NCBI GenBank assembly: GCA_018304615.1
Contig: JAGVVV010000003.1
Location: 1-61,470, forward strand
Origin: Candidatus Aenigmatarchaeota archaeon
GTDB lineage: Archaea; Aenigmatarchaeota; Aenigmatarchaeia; CG10238-14; SCSR01
Direction of reading: 5' to 3'
Length of the DNA stretch: 61,470 nucleotides
The notes below the pieces were generated by a model that was not told where the DNA came from, ran no database searches, and was given only the letters and a program-made list of their open reading frames with translations. Of this stretch, positions 45,313 to 55,136 are shown piece by piece. The position numbers were made by a program, and so were the translations under genes. Each line of letters opens with the position of its first letter. Position 1 is the stretch's first letter.

Positions 45313-46704
45313 ATGAAAGGATTCGTACAGATTTTAGAACTGATTGCCGTGATATTGGCAGTGGTTGTGGCCATGAGCGTCTTCTTCCCAGGATTTCTCT
45401 ACAACAACAAGTGGAGCCAGGCAAACCTTCTATTGAATGGGAGGGATCTGATACTGACCATGGACAGGACGGGCAATTTGTACAACTTCTCATTTTCAAA
45501 AAATGATCTGCAGACTTTTTTCAGAAGCATCACACCATCTACAAACATCATCAGTTGGTCTGAAGTTGAAGGAACTTTCAAGGACAAACTCATAATAGCT
45601 TGCAACTGCTCCAATGATGCATTCAACCAAATCAGTTCATGGTTCGGTCCTCAAAGCCAATTCATTGTCAATGGAAGAAATGTCGCCGTCCAAATGTGTC
45701 AGACTAACTTGGACAAGATAAACTCTTGCCCAGATGGATTGAACCCCAAGCACACAAGCGACGTCCTGATCATTTGGGGTTATAAAGATCTAACTTCCTA
45801 TTCCACCCAATTGAACCAATTCATATCCGGCGGAAACGGAATCGTCGAAGTCGTCGATTTCAATCAAAGCAGTTGGGTCGATTCAACCCAGAATTCCATT
45901 TTCGGATTGCAATATGTGGATAATAATCACAAGACTGCTGTCGACTATGATTATTTCCCGAGGAAGCCTGACAACTCTTCTGACATAATCTACGGGCCGT
46001 ACAAATATTTCTTCAATGTTCCGTTCCCTGAGAATACATCTTCTTCTGTTCCTTCTTTCCAGATTGAAGGTAATATTTCTTCCTGCGCAACCTCCGCTTA
46101 CCCAGGATTCTTCACTTTGAATAGTACAGGTTACGGTTTTTGGATATGTAATTCCACTTCAGTTTATTTTGACACCAATAACAACGCAAAGGCAGATGTG
46201 ATTGTTTCAGCTAAACAGAATTTCATAATCAACAGCACAGTATTTACTCTGTCTTACATAGTTTTTCCTAAAGCCATAGGAATAAAATTCAATCCTCCCT
46301 ACATTTTTGCCGATTTCCTAGTTAACCAAAAGCCCCCAGGTTCTCCTCCTGGAAATGCATGGGGTACTTATTACGCGACTGAGCTCGCTCCAATAGATGG
46401 AAATGTCAAAAGAATTCTCTTGAATGGAAGCATAAACCGTGGACAAGAAAAAGACGTGCCAGTCGTGATTCTGAACAACACTAATGGGAAAACAGCGTGG
46501 ATGGCCGACTTCTCTGACAATGGATATTCTGATGACGAGAAACATCTCTTCTTCTCATTAGTCCTTTGGGCATCCAACAAAAGACCTGTCGCAGTTCTAG
46601 CTCCGAATCTGCAGGTCGGTTACTTGACTTCCTACATCAACATCAACAACACAGATGTCTTCGAAGTTTACAGACTTGGTTTAGGATTAGGATATGCCTA
46701 TTAA
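45313..46704 (+). CDS. large pilin-like protein (possible adhesin or minor pilin)
   Basis: True start MKG|FVQILE at 45313; large glycosylation-rich soluble domain. Confidence 0.78.
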   Translation: MKGFVQILELIAVILAVVVAMSVFFPGFLYNNKWSQANLLLNGRDLILTMDRTGNLYNFSFSKNDLQTFFRSITPSTNIISWSEVEGTFKDKLIIACNCSNDAFNQISSWFGPQSQFIVNGRNVAVQMCQTNLDKINSCPDGLNPKHTSDVLIIWGYKDLTSYSTQLNQFISGGNGIVEVVDFNQSSWVDSTQNSIFGLQYVDNNHKTAVDYDYFPRKPDNSSDIIYGPYKYFFNVPFPENTSSSVPSFQIEGNISSCATSAYPGFFTLNSTGYGFWICNSTSVYFDTNNNAKADVIVSAKQNFIINSTVFTLSYIVFPKAIGIKFNPPYIFADFLVNQKPPGSPPGNAWGTYYATELAPIDGNVKRILLNGSINRGQEKDVPVVILNNTNGKTAWMADFSDNGYSDDEKHLFFSLVLWASNKRPVAVLAPNLQVGYLTSYININNTDVFEVYRLGLGLGYAY

Positions 46705-46705
46705 A

Positions 46706-48580
46706 TTATTTCAATCTTATCCCTTCTAGATTTCTTGGAGTTGCTGTTTCAACTCTGAAAAGCTTGTGGACAGTCCTTGCCAACTCTACTACCTTGCTTG
46801 CTTCTCCGTGGCAGAATAATATTTTGTCCGGTCTCGATCCCAGATTGTTTATGTAATTTAATAATTGTTTCCTGTCCGAGTGACCAGACAGACCTTCAAT
46901 CGTCGTAATCTCCATCTGCAAGTTCATTGTCGCAGTCTTTCCACCGTCGACTCTGATAGGAATCTCTCTCCATCCTTTCTGTATCCTTCTTCCCATGGTT
47001 CCTTCTGCCTGGTAACCTGCAAACAAGAGTGAGTTCTTAGGATCTTCCCCAAGTTGTTTCAAATGTTCCATGGCCGGTCCGCCCATCAGCATTCCTGAAG
47101 TCGAAATTATCACCGACGGGCCTTCGTTCCATGCCTTCTCCCTGTCCTGCGAGGAAGCGATTCTCCTGAAAATTTCGTTCTTGAAAGGATCCTCGTTGTT
47201 GAAAATCTTGTTCTGCATCTGTCTTGAGAGATATTCTGGGTATGCAGTGAAAATCCCATTGGCATCCCAGATCATCCCGTCCAGAAAAACTGGCAAATCG
47301 AATTTATGTTCCACCAAAATAGCCATCAGCTCCTGCGCTCTTTCAACTGAGAATGATGGAATCAAAACTTTTCCACCTTTTTCTATAGTCCTTCTGATTG
47401 TATCCATCAATTGTTTCTCCATTTCTAATCTCGGCGGTATTATGTCCTCAGGATTTCCGTATGTGGATTCCATGATCAGAGTCTCAACTCTCTGGAAATC
47501 AGTGAACGCTGAATCCAATAAATTTGTCTTTGCATATTTCTGGTCTAAAGCGTAGACGATGTTATGCAGTCCTTCTCCTATGTGCAAGTGAACTAATGCA
47601 GAACCGAGAATGTGTCCAGCATTCTGGAAAGTCAGTCTGACATCAGGAGCCACATCCGAAACTTCTCCATAATCAAGAGTAATCGAATGCCTGACCGCTT
47701 CCTTCACACCTTTCGCAGTAAAGATAGGAGTTGAAGCATTTCTCTGAATGACATCGATGAAATCCAAATTCAAAAGTGCGAACAAATCCAAAGTCGGAGT
47801 AGTGCAGTACATAGGTCCTTGGTAGCCATATTCGTACAAATAAGAAACAAACCCGCAATGATCTAGATGTGCATGAGAGAGAATTATCGCGTCGAGTTCT
47901 GCAGGATCAAATTCCTTTGTCATCAGATAAGGATAACCGCCACTCCCGCTTGAGAGTCCGCCTGGAGAAACCCCGCAGTCTATCAAAATTTTCGATTTCG
48001 GAGTCTCAATTAATAAGCAACTTCTCCCCACTTCCCTGAAACCACCGAGAGGTATTAACCTAATCCAATCTCTTCCTGTCTTTCTTTCTGTGAAAATCTT
48101 TTCTCCGATCTTGTTCAAGAATTCCTTCCTGAACTTGACTTCTGAGTGGATGACATTCCTGATTCCGTTAATGACATCTGATTTTATGGCCGGGACTCTT
48201 TCTATTCTCGGAACCCAGAAGGTCTCCGCACGGACTTTTCTGAAGGTTTCCCCTCCTCTTCCTATCACAAGTCCTGGCTTCTCTGCTACAATTATCACAA
48301 GGCTTCTTTCGACTTCAAAATAAATCTCATGTATGTTCGCCTCAGGAGGAACCATCTCCATGATCAATTTTTTTGTGGCTTCTTGATCGAGACAGATTGA
48401 GGCCTCAGGTCTGACTTCGATCCTTTTCTTCAGCTGGGAGACAACCTGTTTTACTTCTTCTTCGTGCTTTACAAACCAATCTCTGTCTTTAGTGTAAACG
48501 ATTATTTCCGATCCTTCTACCTCTACCCTGCTTATGGATTCACTAGGCAGGCTAGCTTTTACTTTTTCCAGAATTTCCAT
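46706..48580 (-). CDS. aCPSF1 beta-CASP ribonuclease with KH domains (FttA)
   Basis: KPGLVIGRGG KH, GGFREVGRSC, SHAHLDH, AGHILGS, MESTYG, SGHSDR. Confidence 0.95.
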   Translation of the reverse strand: MEILEKVKASLPSESISRVEVEGSEIIVYTKDRDWFVKHEEEVKQVVSQLKKRIEVRPEASICLDQEATKKLIMEMVPPEANIHEIYFEVERSLVIIVAEKPGLVIGRGGETFRKVRAETFWVPRIERVPAIKSDVINGIRNVIHSEVKFRKEFLNKIGEKIFTERKTGRDWIRLIPLGGFREVGRSCLLIETPKSKILIDCGVSPGGLSSGSGGYPYLMTKEFDPAELDAIILSHAHLDHCGFVSYLYEYGYQGPMYCTTPTLDLFALLNLDFIDVIQRNASTPIFTAKGVKEAVRHSITLDYGEVSDVAPDVRLTFQNAGHILGSALVHLHIGEGLHNIVYALDQKYAKTNLLDSAFTDFQRVETLIMESTYGNPEDIIPPRLEMEKQLMDTIRRTIEKGGKVLIPSFSVERAQELMAILVEHKFDLPVFLDGMIWDANGIFTAYPEYLSRQMQNKIFNNEDPFKNEIFRRIASSQDREKAWNEGPSVIISTSGMLMGGPAMEHLKQLGEDPKNSLLFAGYQAEGTMGRRIQKGWREIPIRVDGGKTATMNLQMEITTIEGLSGHSDRKQLLNYINNLGSRPDKILFCHGEASKVVELARTVHKLFRVETATPRNLEGIRLK

Positions 48581-48599
48581 TCAAATCACAAGAGATAAA

Positions 48600-49244
48600 T
48601 TATTTGATAAACTTTTCTGCGAAGTCGTGCCTGGTGAGCTTGATCCCGTCTTTAGTGATAATAGCGACATCAATCGCCTTACCACCAGAGCCGATGTCTC
48701 TCTCAATTGCTGCACGGATTGCCCTGAGAGCAAGATTGGTTCCTTCCTGAGTTGACATCCCCTCTCTGTATCCGTCCTCAAGAACTCCAAGCGCCATTGG
48801 AGAGCCTGATCCTGTGGAAAAGAATTTCTTCTCCTGTTCTATCGATCCGATCGCGTCGAGGCTAAAGACCATAGGACCCTCATCATCATAACCGGCAAGA
48901 ATGAGCTGAACCATGTAAGGCATGTAAGTCCATCTTCCGCCTTGTAAGATGTTTGATAATAAAGAAGCTGCGCCTTTCACAGAAATTTTCCTGTTGTTTT
49001 GTATCATGAACAATTTCAATTCGGCCTTCAATAATTTTCCAAGGGCTTGAGCGTCACCACTCGCGCCTGCGATTGTCATTGCAATGTGGTCTGCAACCAG
49101 GTCAATCTTCTCGGATTCCTTCGAAGCTACCAGATATCCGAGGGTGGATTTCTTCTCAGCAGCGACGACCACTCCCTCCTTGCAAACCATTCCCAGAGTA
49201 GTAGTCCCTGTCTTTCTTATTTCCGGTCTCATTTCTTCTTCCAT
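48600..49244 (-). CDS. psmB: proteasome beta subunit
   Basis: Propeptide KTG|TTT, GSGS, RDIGSG; start ATG 49244 or TTG 49253. Confidence 0.95.
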   Translation of the reverse strand: MEEEMRPEIRKTGTTTLGMVCKEGVVVAAEKKSTLGYLVASKESEKIDLVADHIAMTIAGASGDAQALGKLLKAELKLFMIQNNRKISVKGAASLLSNILQGGRWTYMPYMVQLILAGYDDEGPMVFSLDAIGSIEQEKKFFSTGSGSPMALGVLEDGYREGMSTQEGTNLALRAIRAAIERDIGSGGKAIDVAIITKDGIKLTRHDFAEKFIK

Positions 49245-49311
49245 TTTACTCAAGCAACTCACCTAGGATGAGATAAATAAAATTCGATAAGTGGGTTTAA
49301 ATATTTAACTC

Positions 49312-50757
49312 TTAATACGACTTTCCGAAATAGACAACTTCTTTTGCGGACTTCTCACAATAAACGCATTTGCTAAATCCGCTTTCTCTTTTTAATGGAA
49401 TTACTCTTATGGTTGCACTAGTCTCAATTTTTATTTGCTCCTCACAATGAACATCACCACACCATCCAGCTCTTATGAAACCACCATTTTCAACGGCCTT
49501 TTTGAATTCAGAATAATTTTTGGCGTCATGTGTCATTTTCTCCATTTCATTCTTAGATTTTTCGTGCAAACTTTGTTGGATCATATCTAATGTCTTCCCA
49601 GCTTCTTTTTCTATTTCTTTATCTTCCACCATTGTTTTTTTCTTTTTCTCAGCTTCGTCTCTTCTGGCAAAGACAACATGCTTCTTTTCCACATCCTTAG
49701 GGCCGATTTCTATCCTCAACGGCACACCTTTCAGCTCCCATTCGTTGAATTTCCATCCAGGACTATACTCTGTTCTTCCATCAAAATGGACTCTGAATTC
49801 TTTCAAGATTTCCTTCACCTTCTCAGCCTTTTTCAACACATCTTTTCTTTCCTTCTCATTATAATAGACTGGAACAATCACAATCTGTATCGGCGCAATT
49901 TTTGGAGGAATTACTAATCCTCTGTCATCTCCATGAACCATTATCAACGCTCCGAGCAGTCTGGTCGAAATTCCCCATGAGGTAGTCCAGACAAATTTCT
50001 CTTTCTTGTCCTTGTCCAGAAACTTTATTTTAAAAGGTTTGGAAAAATTCTGGCCTAGATTGTGCGAAGTTCCCATCTGCAACGCCCTCCCATCTGGCAT
50101 CATGCTTTCGAAGGTAGTAGTCGTCAATGCCCCTGGGAATCTTTCCATCTCGCTCTTCTTTCCTTTCAAAACTTCAAGTGCCAGATAACTCTCAGCCAAG
50201 TCTACATATTCGTCAAGAATGGCAAACATCTCCTTGTCAGCATCTTCTTTAGTTGCATGGGCCGTGTGACCTTCCTGCCACAAGAATTCACTTGCTCTGA
50301 TGAAAGGTTTGGTCGACTTTATCTCTGCTCTGAGTACGCTGCACCATTGGTTCAACAGCAATGGCAGATCTCTCCAGCTTCTTATCCATTTTGAGTAAAA
50401 GTGGTAAATCATAGTCTCAGAAGTAGGCCTGACAACCAGTCTTTCTCCCAGCTTGTTATCTCCAGAATGAGTAACCCAGAAAACCTCAGGATCAAATCCC
50501 TTGAAATGCTCGGCCTCTTTCTTCAAGAATCCCTCTGGAATTAATGTAGGGAAATAGGCGTTCTTGTGCCCTGTCTTTTTTATCTTCTCATCGAAAATCT
50601 TCTGAATCATCTCCCAAATCGCATAAGAGTATGGTCTCATCGCAATTGTTCCCTGGACAGGACCGTAATCTGCCAATTCCGCCTTCTGAACTACCTGTGT
50701 GTACCAATCAGTGAAGTTCTCCATTTTCTTTACAGTAATCCCCTGCTCTTCAGCCAT
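49312..50757 (-). CDS. proS: prolyl-tRNA synthetase, archaeal type
   Basis: VRPTSET, FLWQEGHT, GTSHNLGQNF, WGISTRL, WELKGVPLRIEIG. Confidence 0.96.
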   Translation of the reverse strand: MAEEQGITVKKMENFTDWYTQVVQKAELADYGPVQGTIAMRPYSYAIWEMIQKIFDEKIKKTGHKNAYFPTLIPEGFLKKEAEHFKGFDPEVFWVTHSGDNKLGERLVVRPTSETMIYHFYSKWIRSWRDLPLLLNQWCSVLRAEIKSTKPFIRASEFLWQEGHTAHATKEDADKEMFAILDEYVDLAESYLALEVLKGKKSEMERFPGALTTTTFESMMPDGRALQMGTSHNLGQNFSKPFKIKFLDKDKKEKFVWTTSWGISTRLLGALIMVHGDDRGLVIPPKIAPIQIVIVPVYYNEKERKDVLKKAEKVKEILKEFRVHFDGRTEYSPGWKFNEWELKGVPLRIEIGPKDVEKKHVVFARRDEAEKKKKTMVEDKEIEKEAGKTLDMIQQSLHEKSKNEMEKMTHDAKNYSEFKKAVENGGFIRAGWCGDVHCEEQIKIETSATIRVIPLKRESGFSKCVYCEKSAKEVVYFGKSY

Positions 50758-50893
50758 AGAAATCTCCAATGTAAATTTTGAAAACCGTAAAGATAAAGCT
50801 AAGAATCAGATTAGTATTTTGGAAGGCTACCACGCATGTTGTTCACTTCAATTCTAGTTGAAAACTCAAATATTTAAACCTCTAATTAATCTT

Positions 50894-51514
50894 ATGCCTA
50901 AATTGATTCTTTCTTTCCTCGGCCTTCCTGGTTCTGGCAAGACTACCATCGGGGAGAAAATAGCTCAGAATCTCGGTTTCAAGTACATCCCAGAAATCGG
51001 AACAAAGCTAATTCTCGAACGGAAATACAAGACTGGGATTGATGCTCCTTTTGAATTCGACAACACTGTTTTCATGAAGACTAAGAGTCTCGCCCAAGAA
51101 GTTCTGAACTCGAAGGACAAGAAAATTATTCTCGAAGCAGGACCGCCTATGCCTCAATTATATGTCAAAACGAGAGCCGAACTGGGAAAGCACAAGGATC
51201 CGAGGAAGAGCCTTCTTCAGGCATACGACCATCACGACATCAACAACCTGATGGAGAACACGTTCTACTTCTTCCTCTTCATGCCGCCTCAGATTGCAAT
51301 CAGCAGGCAGGAAGAAAGGAACATGCAGGAGCTCGACACCATGAACATGGATTTCCTTCATCTGATGCACAAGAATATGTGGGATTTTTACAAGGCTCAC
51401 AAGGATAGAGTAATTTTAGTTGATGTTGTCGGGAAGACTGAAAATCAGGTTTACAACCAAATAGAAAAAAAGGTTCAGGCCTTAGTTCAAAAGGAATTCG
51501 GGACTTCAACATAA
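50894..51514 (+). CDS. thymidylate/deoxynucleoside kinase family P-loop protein
   Basis: GLPGSGKTT, YIPE, PPQIAISR lid region. Confidence 0.75.
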   Translation: MPKLILSFLGLPGSGKTTIGEKIAQNLGFKYIPEIGTKLILERKYKTGIDAPFEFDNTVFMKTKSLAQEVLNSKDKKIILEAGPPMPQLYVKTRAELGKHKDPRKSLLQAYDHHDINNLMENTFYFFLFMPPQIAISRQEERNMQELDTMNMDFLHLMHKNMWDFYKAHKDRVILVDVVGKTENQVYNQIEKKVQALVQKEFGTST

Positions 51515-51541
51515 ATAATTTTTCGTGTATAGAATTACTGT

Positions 51542-52762
51542 ATGAAAATAGCCGTATTCTCTGACCTTCATTTCGGGTATGCCTACAATTCTGAGACTGA
51601 GAACGATTCTTTTGAAAATGCGGCTGAGGCCTTTGAAATCTCAAAGGATGCCGACTTGATTCTGATTCCAGGGGATCTGTTCGATTCTCGAGTTCCTAAG
51701 ACAAGCGTGTGGGCGAATGCTATAAGGGTCATGGTGAAGCCGCTTCTCAGGAGTTCTACAGGAGCAGAACTAGTGGACACGGATAAAAAGATGAAAGAAA
51801 TTTCAAAAAGAACAACTAATCACCAGCCTGTCATCGCTCTTCATGGAACTCACGAGAGAAGAGGCAAGGGAGAGATAAATGCGATTGAAGCCCTGGAGGA
51901 TGCTGGAATCTTAATCCATCTCCACTGCAACTATGTCGTTTTTGAAAAGGACGGGAAGAAAGTCGCAATCCATGGAATGAGCGGAGTTCCTGAGAGGTAT
52001 GCTTATGAAATTCTCAGTAAATGGAATCCGCAGCCTATACCCAACTGCATAAACATCCTCATGGTGCATCAGAGCATCGACCCTTTTGTATATTCACCAC
52101 TAGAACCTCCGAGTTTGACTCTTGCCAATCTTCCGAAAGGTTTTGACATAATCATCAACGGCCACATCCACGGCCATACTCAGCAGAAGATAGAAGACAC
52201 CATTCTGTTGTTTGGAGGAAGCACTCTGATAACACAGATGGAAAAAAACGAATCCGAATCTCTTAAAGGCGTTCATAAAATAATTGTTGAGAATGGGATT
52301 AGAATAGAATTTGTCTCACTTTCAGGCAACAGAAAATTCTACTATGAGGAAGTTGATGCTTCTCAGGATTTGAAGGAGACTGTCGAAGCCAGAATCAAAA
52401 CAATCCTGATGAAAGAGAACAAGAAGAAACCTCTTGTGAAGATAAAGATAACCGGGAAAGATGAGGACGTTTTTGATAATGATTTGAAAGAACTTGCAAA
52501 GAAGTACGAGAACGAAGCACTGATTGTTTTTTCAAAAGTTACAGAATCCACGGAGATGCAAGAGAAGATAGATTTTCTCAGAAATGCCCGCGATCAGAGA
52601 TTCTCGACCGAAGAAATGGGTCTTCAGATACTGAAGAAGAACTTGGATGTTTTAGGCTTTCACGAAACCTTTGACCATGATTTAATTTTCAGCCTTTTGA
52701 GCGAAGGAGAGGTCGACAAATCATTCCAAATCGTCCTTGGCGAGCAGAAGACTTTGAAGTGA
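51542..52762 (+). CDS. mre11: Mre11 nuclease
   Basis: SDLHFG, GDLFD, HGTHE, MVHQS, NGHIH; directly upstream of rad50. Confidence 0.92.
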   Translation: MKIAVFSDLHFGYAYNSETENDSFENAAEAFEISKDADLILIPGDLFDSRVPKTSVWANAIRVMVKPLLRSSTGAELVDTDKKMKEISKRTTNHQPVIALHGTHERRGKGEINAIEALEDAGILIHLHCNYVVFEKDGKKVAIHGMSGVPERYAYEILSKWNPQPIPNCINILMVHQSIDPFVYSPLEPPSLTLANLPKGFDIIINGHIHGHTQQKIEDTILLFGGSTLITQMEKNESESLKGVHKIIVENGIRIEFVSLSGNRKFYYEEVDASQDLKETVEARIKTILMKENKKKPLVKIKITGKDEDVFDNDLKELAKKYENEALIVFSKVTESTEMQEKIDFLRNARDQRFSTEEMGLQILKKNLDVLGFHETFDHDLIFSLLSEGEVDKSFQIVLGEQKTLK

Positions 52763-52766
52763 TGTT

Positions 52767-55136
52767 ATGATAACAAATGTCAAATTAAAGAACTGGAGAT
52801 CGCACTTAGACTCTGAGTTCAATTTCTCAAGCGGAACTAATGCCCTGCTAGGGTCGATGGGTAGTGGCAAGTCTTCGACTATGGATGCCATCTGCTTCGC
52901 CTTCTTCGGCACATTCCCGAATCTTCAGACAAAAAAATTGAAGCTTGATGATGTGATAATGAAAAAGCCTTCTGAGAAAGACCATGCCGAAGTTGAGATA
53001 GAATTCAAATCCGGAAATTCAACCTACTCATTGAAAAGAATTGTAGAGAAAGGGAAAGGAACCACATATTCTGAGATAAGGGAAAACGGAAAACTTTTAG
53101 AGGCCCCGAACTCCCAGAGGGTGACTGAGATTGTCGAGAACTCTCTTAAAGTGAATTACGAACTTTTCAGCAAGGCAATTTACTCTGAGCAGAATGCCAT
53201 AGATTATTTTCTGACTATTCCGAAAGGTCAGAGGATGAAGAAAATCGACGAGCTTCTTGCCATCGACAAGTTCGAGAAGGCGAGAGCCTCTTCAGTCAGC
53301 CTATCAAACAAGATATCAGAGAGGAAGTCTGCTAGACAAACTCTCCTCGACCAGACTGATACAAAGGAGATTGAAAAAATAGTTTTTGAAATAAAAAATT
53401 CCCTTACAGAAGCAATCAAAGAGAAAGAGACAATCTCTGAGGAACTCTTGAAGATTTCTGAGGAAAAGTCTGAGATGGAAAACGAACTGAAGATTCTAGA
53501 ATCAATCAAAGAGAAATGGGAGGTTGTCAGGACTGAACAAAGCAATCTCGACTCCTTGATAGGAGAGACCAAAAAATCTCTTGTTCTGATGCAAGATACA
53601 ATCAAAGGAAAATCCAAGGAGGAGGTTGAAAAATCTCTGCAGGAGTTGAGTTCCAAGTTAGATTCGTTGGAAAAATCATTGAAGGAGAAAAGGTCCATGT
53701 ACGAGAAGACTGCATCCTCCGTCAATGAATCCAAGGGTAAACTCCAATTCATGAGGAAGGAGAAGATTCTACTTTTGGAAAAAGAAATCCAGGAAAAAAT
53801 GAATACGAAGTTGAAGCTGGATGAAATCAGGAAAAAAACAGGGGATGACATCTCGAAACAAGTTGATGACAGGAAGAAAGGATATGAAAAAATCTTTTCC
53901 GAATTCCAAGAATTGAACATGAAGATAAAAGATTTGTCCGAAGTCATCAATTATATTAATTCATCTGAAGGACTTTGTCCTGTTTGCGATACCAGATTAT
54001 CCGAGGAAAGGAAGAACCTTCTCATCCAACAAAAGCAGCTCAAGATCACAGAGTTCAAGGGAAAACTGCAAGAGGTGGCTCAGAATAAAGAGATCAATGA
54101 AAAGCAGCTGAAGACTTTGGAGGAACTTTCCAACACCCTGCAGCAGATGTTCAACGAAGTCAAGAATCTGGAAGAAATGAAGATGAATCTTGATAATTCC
54201 AAGAGAATGTTCATCGAGCTGACAGAATTAGTATTGAAGACTGAGAATGAATTGACAGACGTGAGAAGAACCATCGAGCAATCAGAGGATGAGTTCAAGA
54301 GGATGAGTGGCTACAAACAGAACCTGGACATCCTTGTGTTCCAAATGAAAGAATATGAAGTGAAAGAGAAACGATTTGTTGAATTGATGAAAGAGAAAGA
54401 GCATATAGAGACTCGGGCATGGGAACTTGAGGAACAAATCACGGAAGGGAATCTTGAAAACAAAAGGGAGAAATACAACCAACTGATTTTGAATGACAAA
54501 GAATTGCAGACTAGATCATCTGGTCTTGAACGGCTGATCAAAGAAAAAGAGACCAGAGCCGGTGAGTATGAAACTGAACTCCAGCAGATATACAAGCACA
54601 AGCATGAGATTGAAACTTTTGACAAACTCGTGAGGGATCTGAAGGTTTTCGAGAAAGCCCTTCAAGAAACCCAACTCGAACTCAGGAAGGAATTCATTGT
54701 AGCAGTGAATTTCACGATGAACGATCTTTGGTCCACTCTATATCCATATCAAGATTTTGCAGGAATCAGGCTGAATACTGAGGAAGGGGATTACATTCTC
54801 CAACTCAATGAGAAGAGCGGAAGATGGGTGAATGTCGAGGGGATTGCTTCTGGTGGTGAAAGAAGTATCGCAGCACTTGCGTTGAGGATTGCATTTTCAT
54901 TAGTTTTGGTTCCGCAGCTGAGGTGGTTGGTTTTGGATGAGCCGACTGCAAACTTGGATCGTCAGGCAATTTCAGTCCTTGCTACAACCCTGAGAGAAAA
55001 AATTGGGAATGTCGTCGACCAAACATTTCTTATCACACATGAAGAGGAATTGGAAGGCGCGATTACTGGAAATGCCTATGTTCTTTCAAGGAACAAAGAG
55101 AGAGATGGGATAACCAAAGTCACACCTTTAGATTAA
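52767..55136 (+). CDS. rad50: Rad50 ATPase
   Basis: GSMGSGKSS, central CPVC zinc hook in a coiled coil, ASGGE, LDEPT, ITH. Confidence 0.95.
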   Translation: MITNVKLKNWRSHLDSEFNFSSGTNALLGSMGSGKSSTMDAICFAFFGTFPNLQTKKLKLDDVIMKKPSEKDHAEVEIEFKSGNSTYSLKRIVEKGKGTTYSEIRENGKLLEAPNSQRVTEIVENSLKVNYELFSKAIYSEQNAIDYFLTIPKGQRMKKIDELLAIDKFEKARASSVSLSNKISERKSARQTLLDQTDTKEIEKIVFEIKNSLTEAIKEKETISEELLKISEEKSEMENELKILESIKEKWEVVRTEQSNLDSLIGETKKSLVLMQDTIKGKSKEEVEKSLQELSSKLDSLEKSLKEKRSMYEKTASSVNESKGKLQFMRKEKILLLEKEIQEKMNTKLKLDEIRKKTGDDISKQVDDRKKGYEKIFSEFQELNMKIKDLSEVINYINSSEGLCPVCDTRLSEERKNLLIQQKQLKITEFKGKLQEVAQNKEINEKQLKTLEELSNTLQQMFNEVKNLEEMKMNLDNSKRMFIELTELVLKTENELTDVRRTIEQSEDEFKRMSGYKQNLDILVFQMKEYEVKEKRFVELMKEKEHIETRAWELEEQITEGNLENKREKYNQLILNDKELQTRSSGLERLIKEKETRAGEYETELQQIYKHKHEIETFDKLVRDLKVFEKALQETQLELRKEFIVAVNFTMNDLWSTLYPYQDFAGIRLNTEEGDYILQLNEKSGRWVNVEGIASGGERSIAALALRIAFSLVLVPQLRWLVLDEPTANLDRQAISVLATTLREKIGNVVDQTFLITHEEELEGAITGNAYVLSRNKERDGITKVTPLD

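Noticed and set aside
51830-51860. Mre11 GTHE instead of GNH(D) as an inactivating change
   Set aside because: The catalytic His and all other motifs are intact; likely a lineage variant that cannot be judged without an alignment
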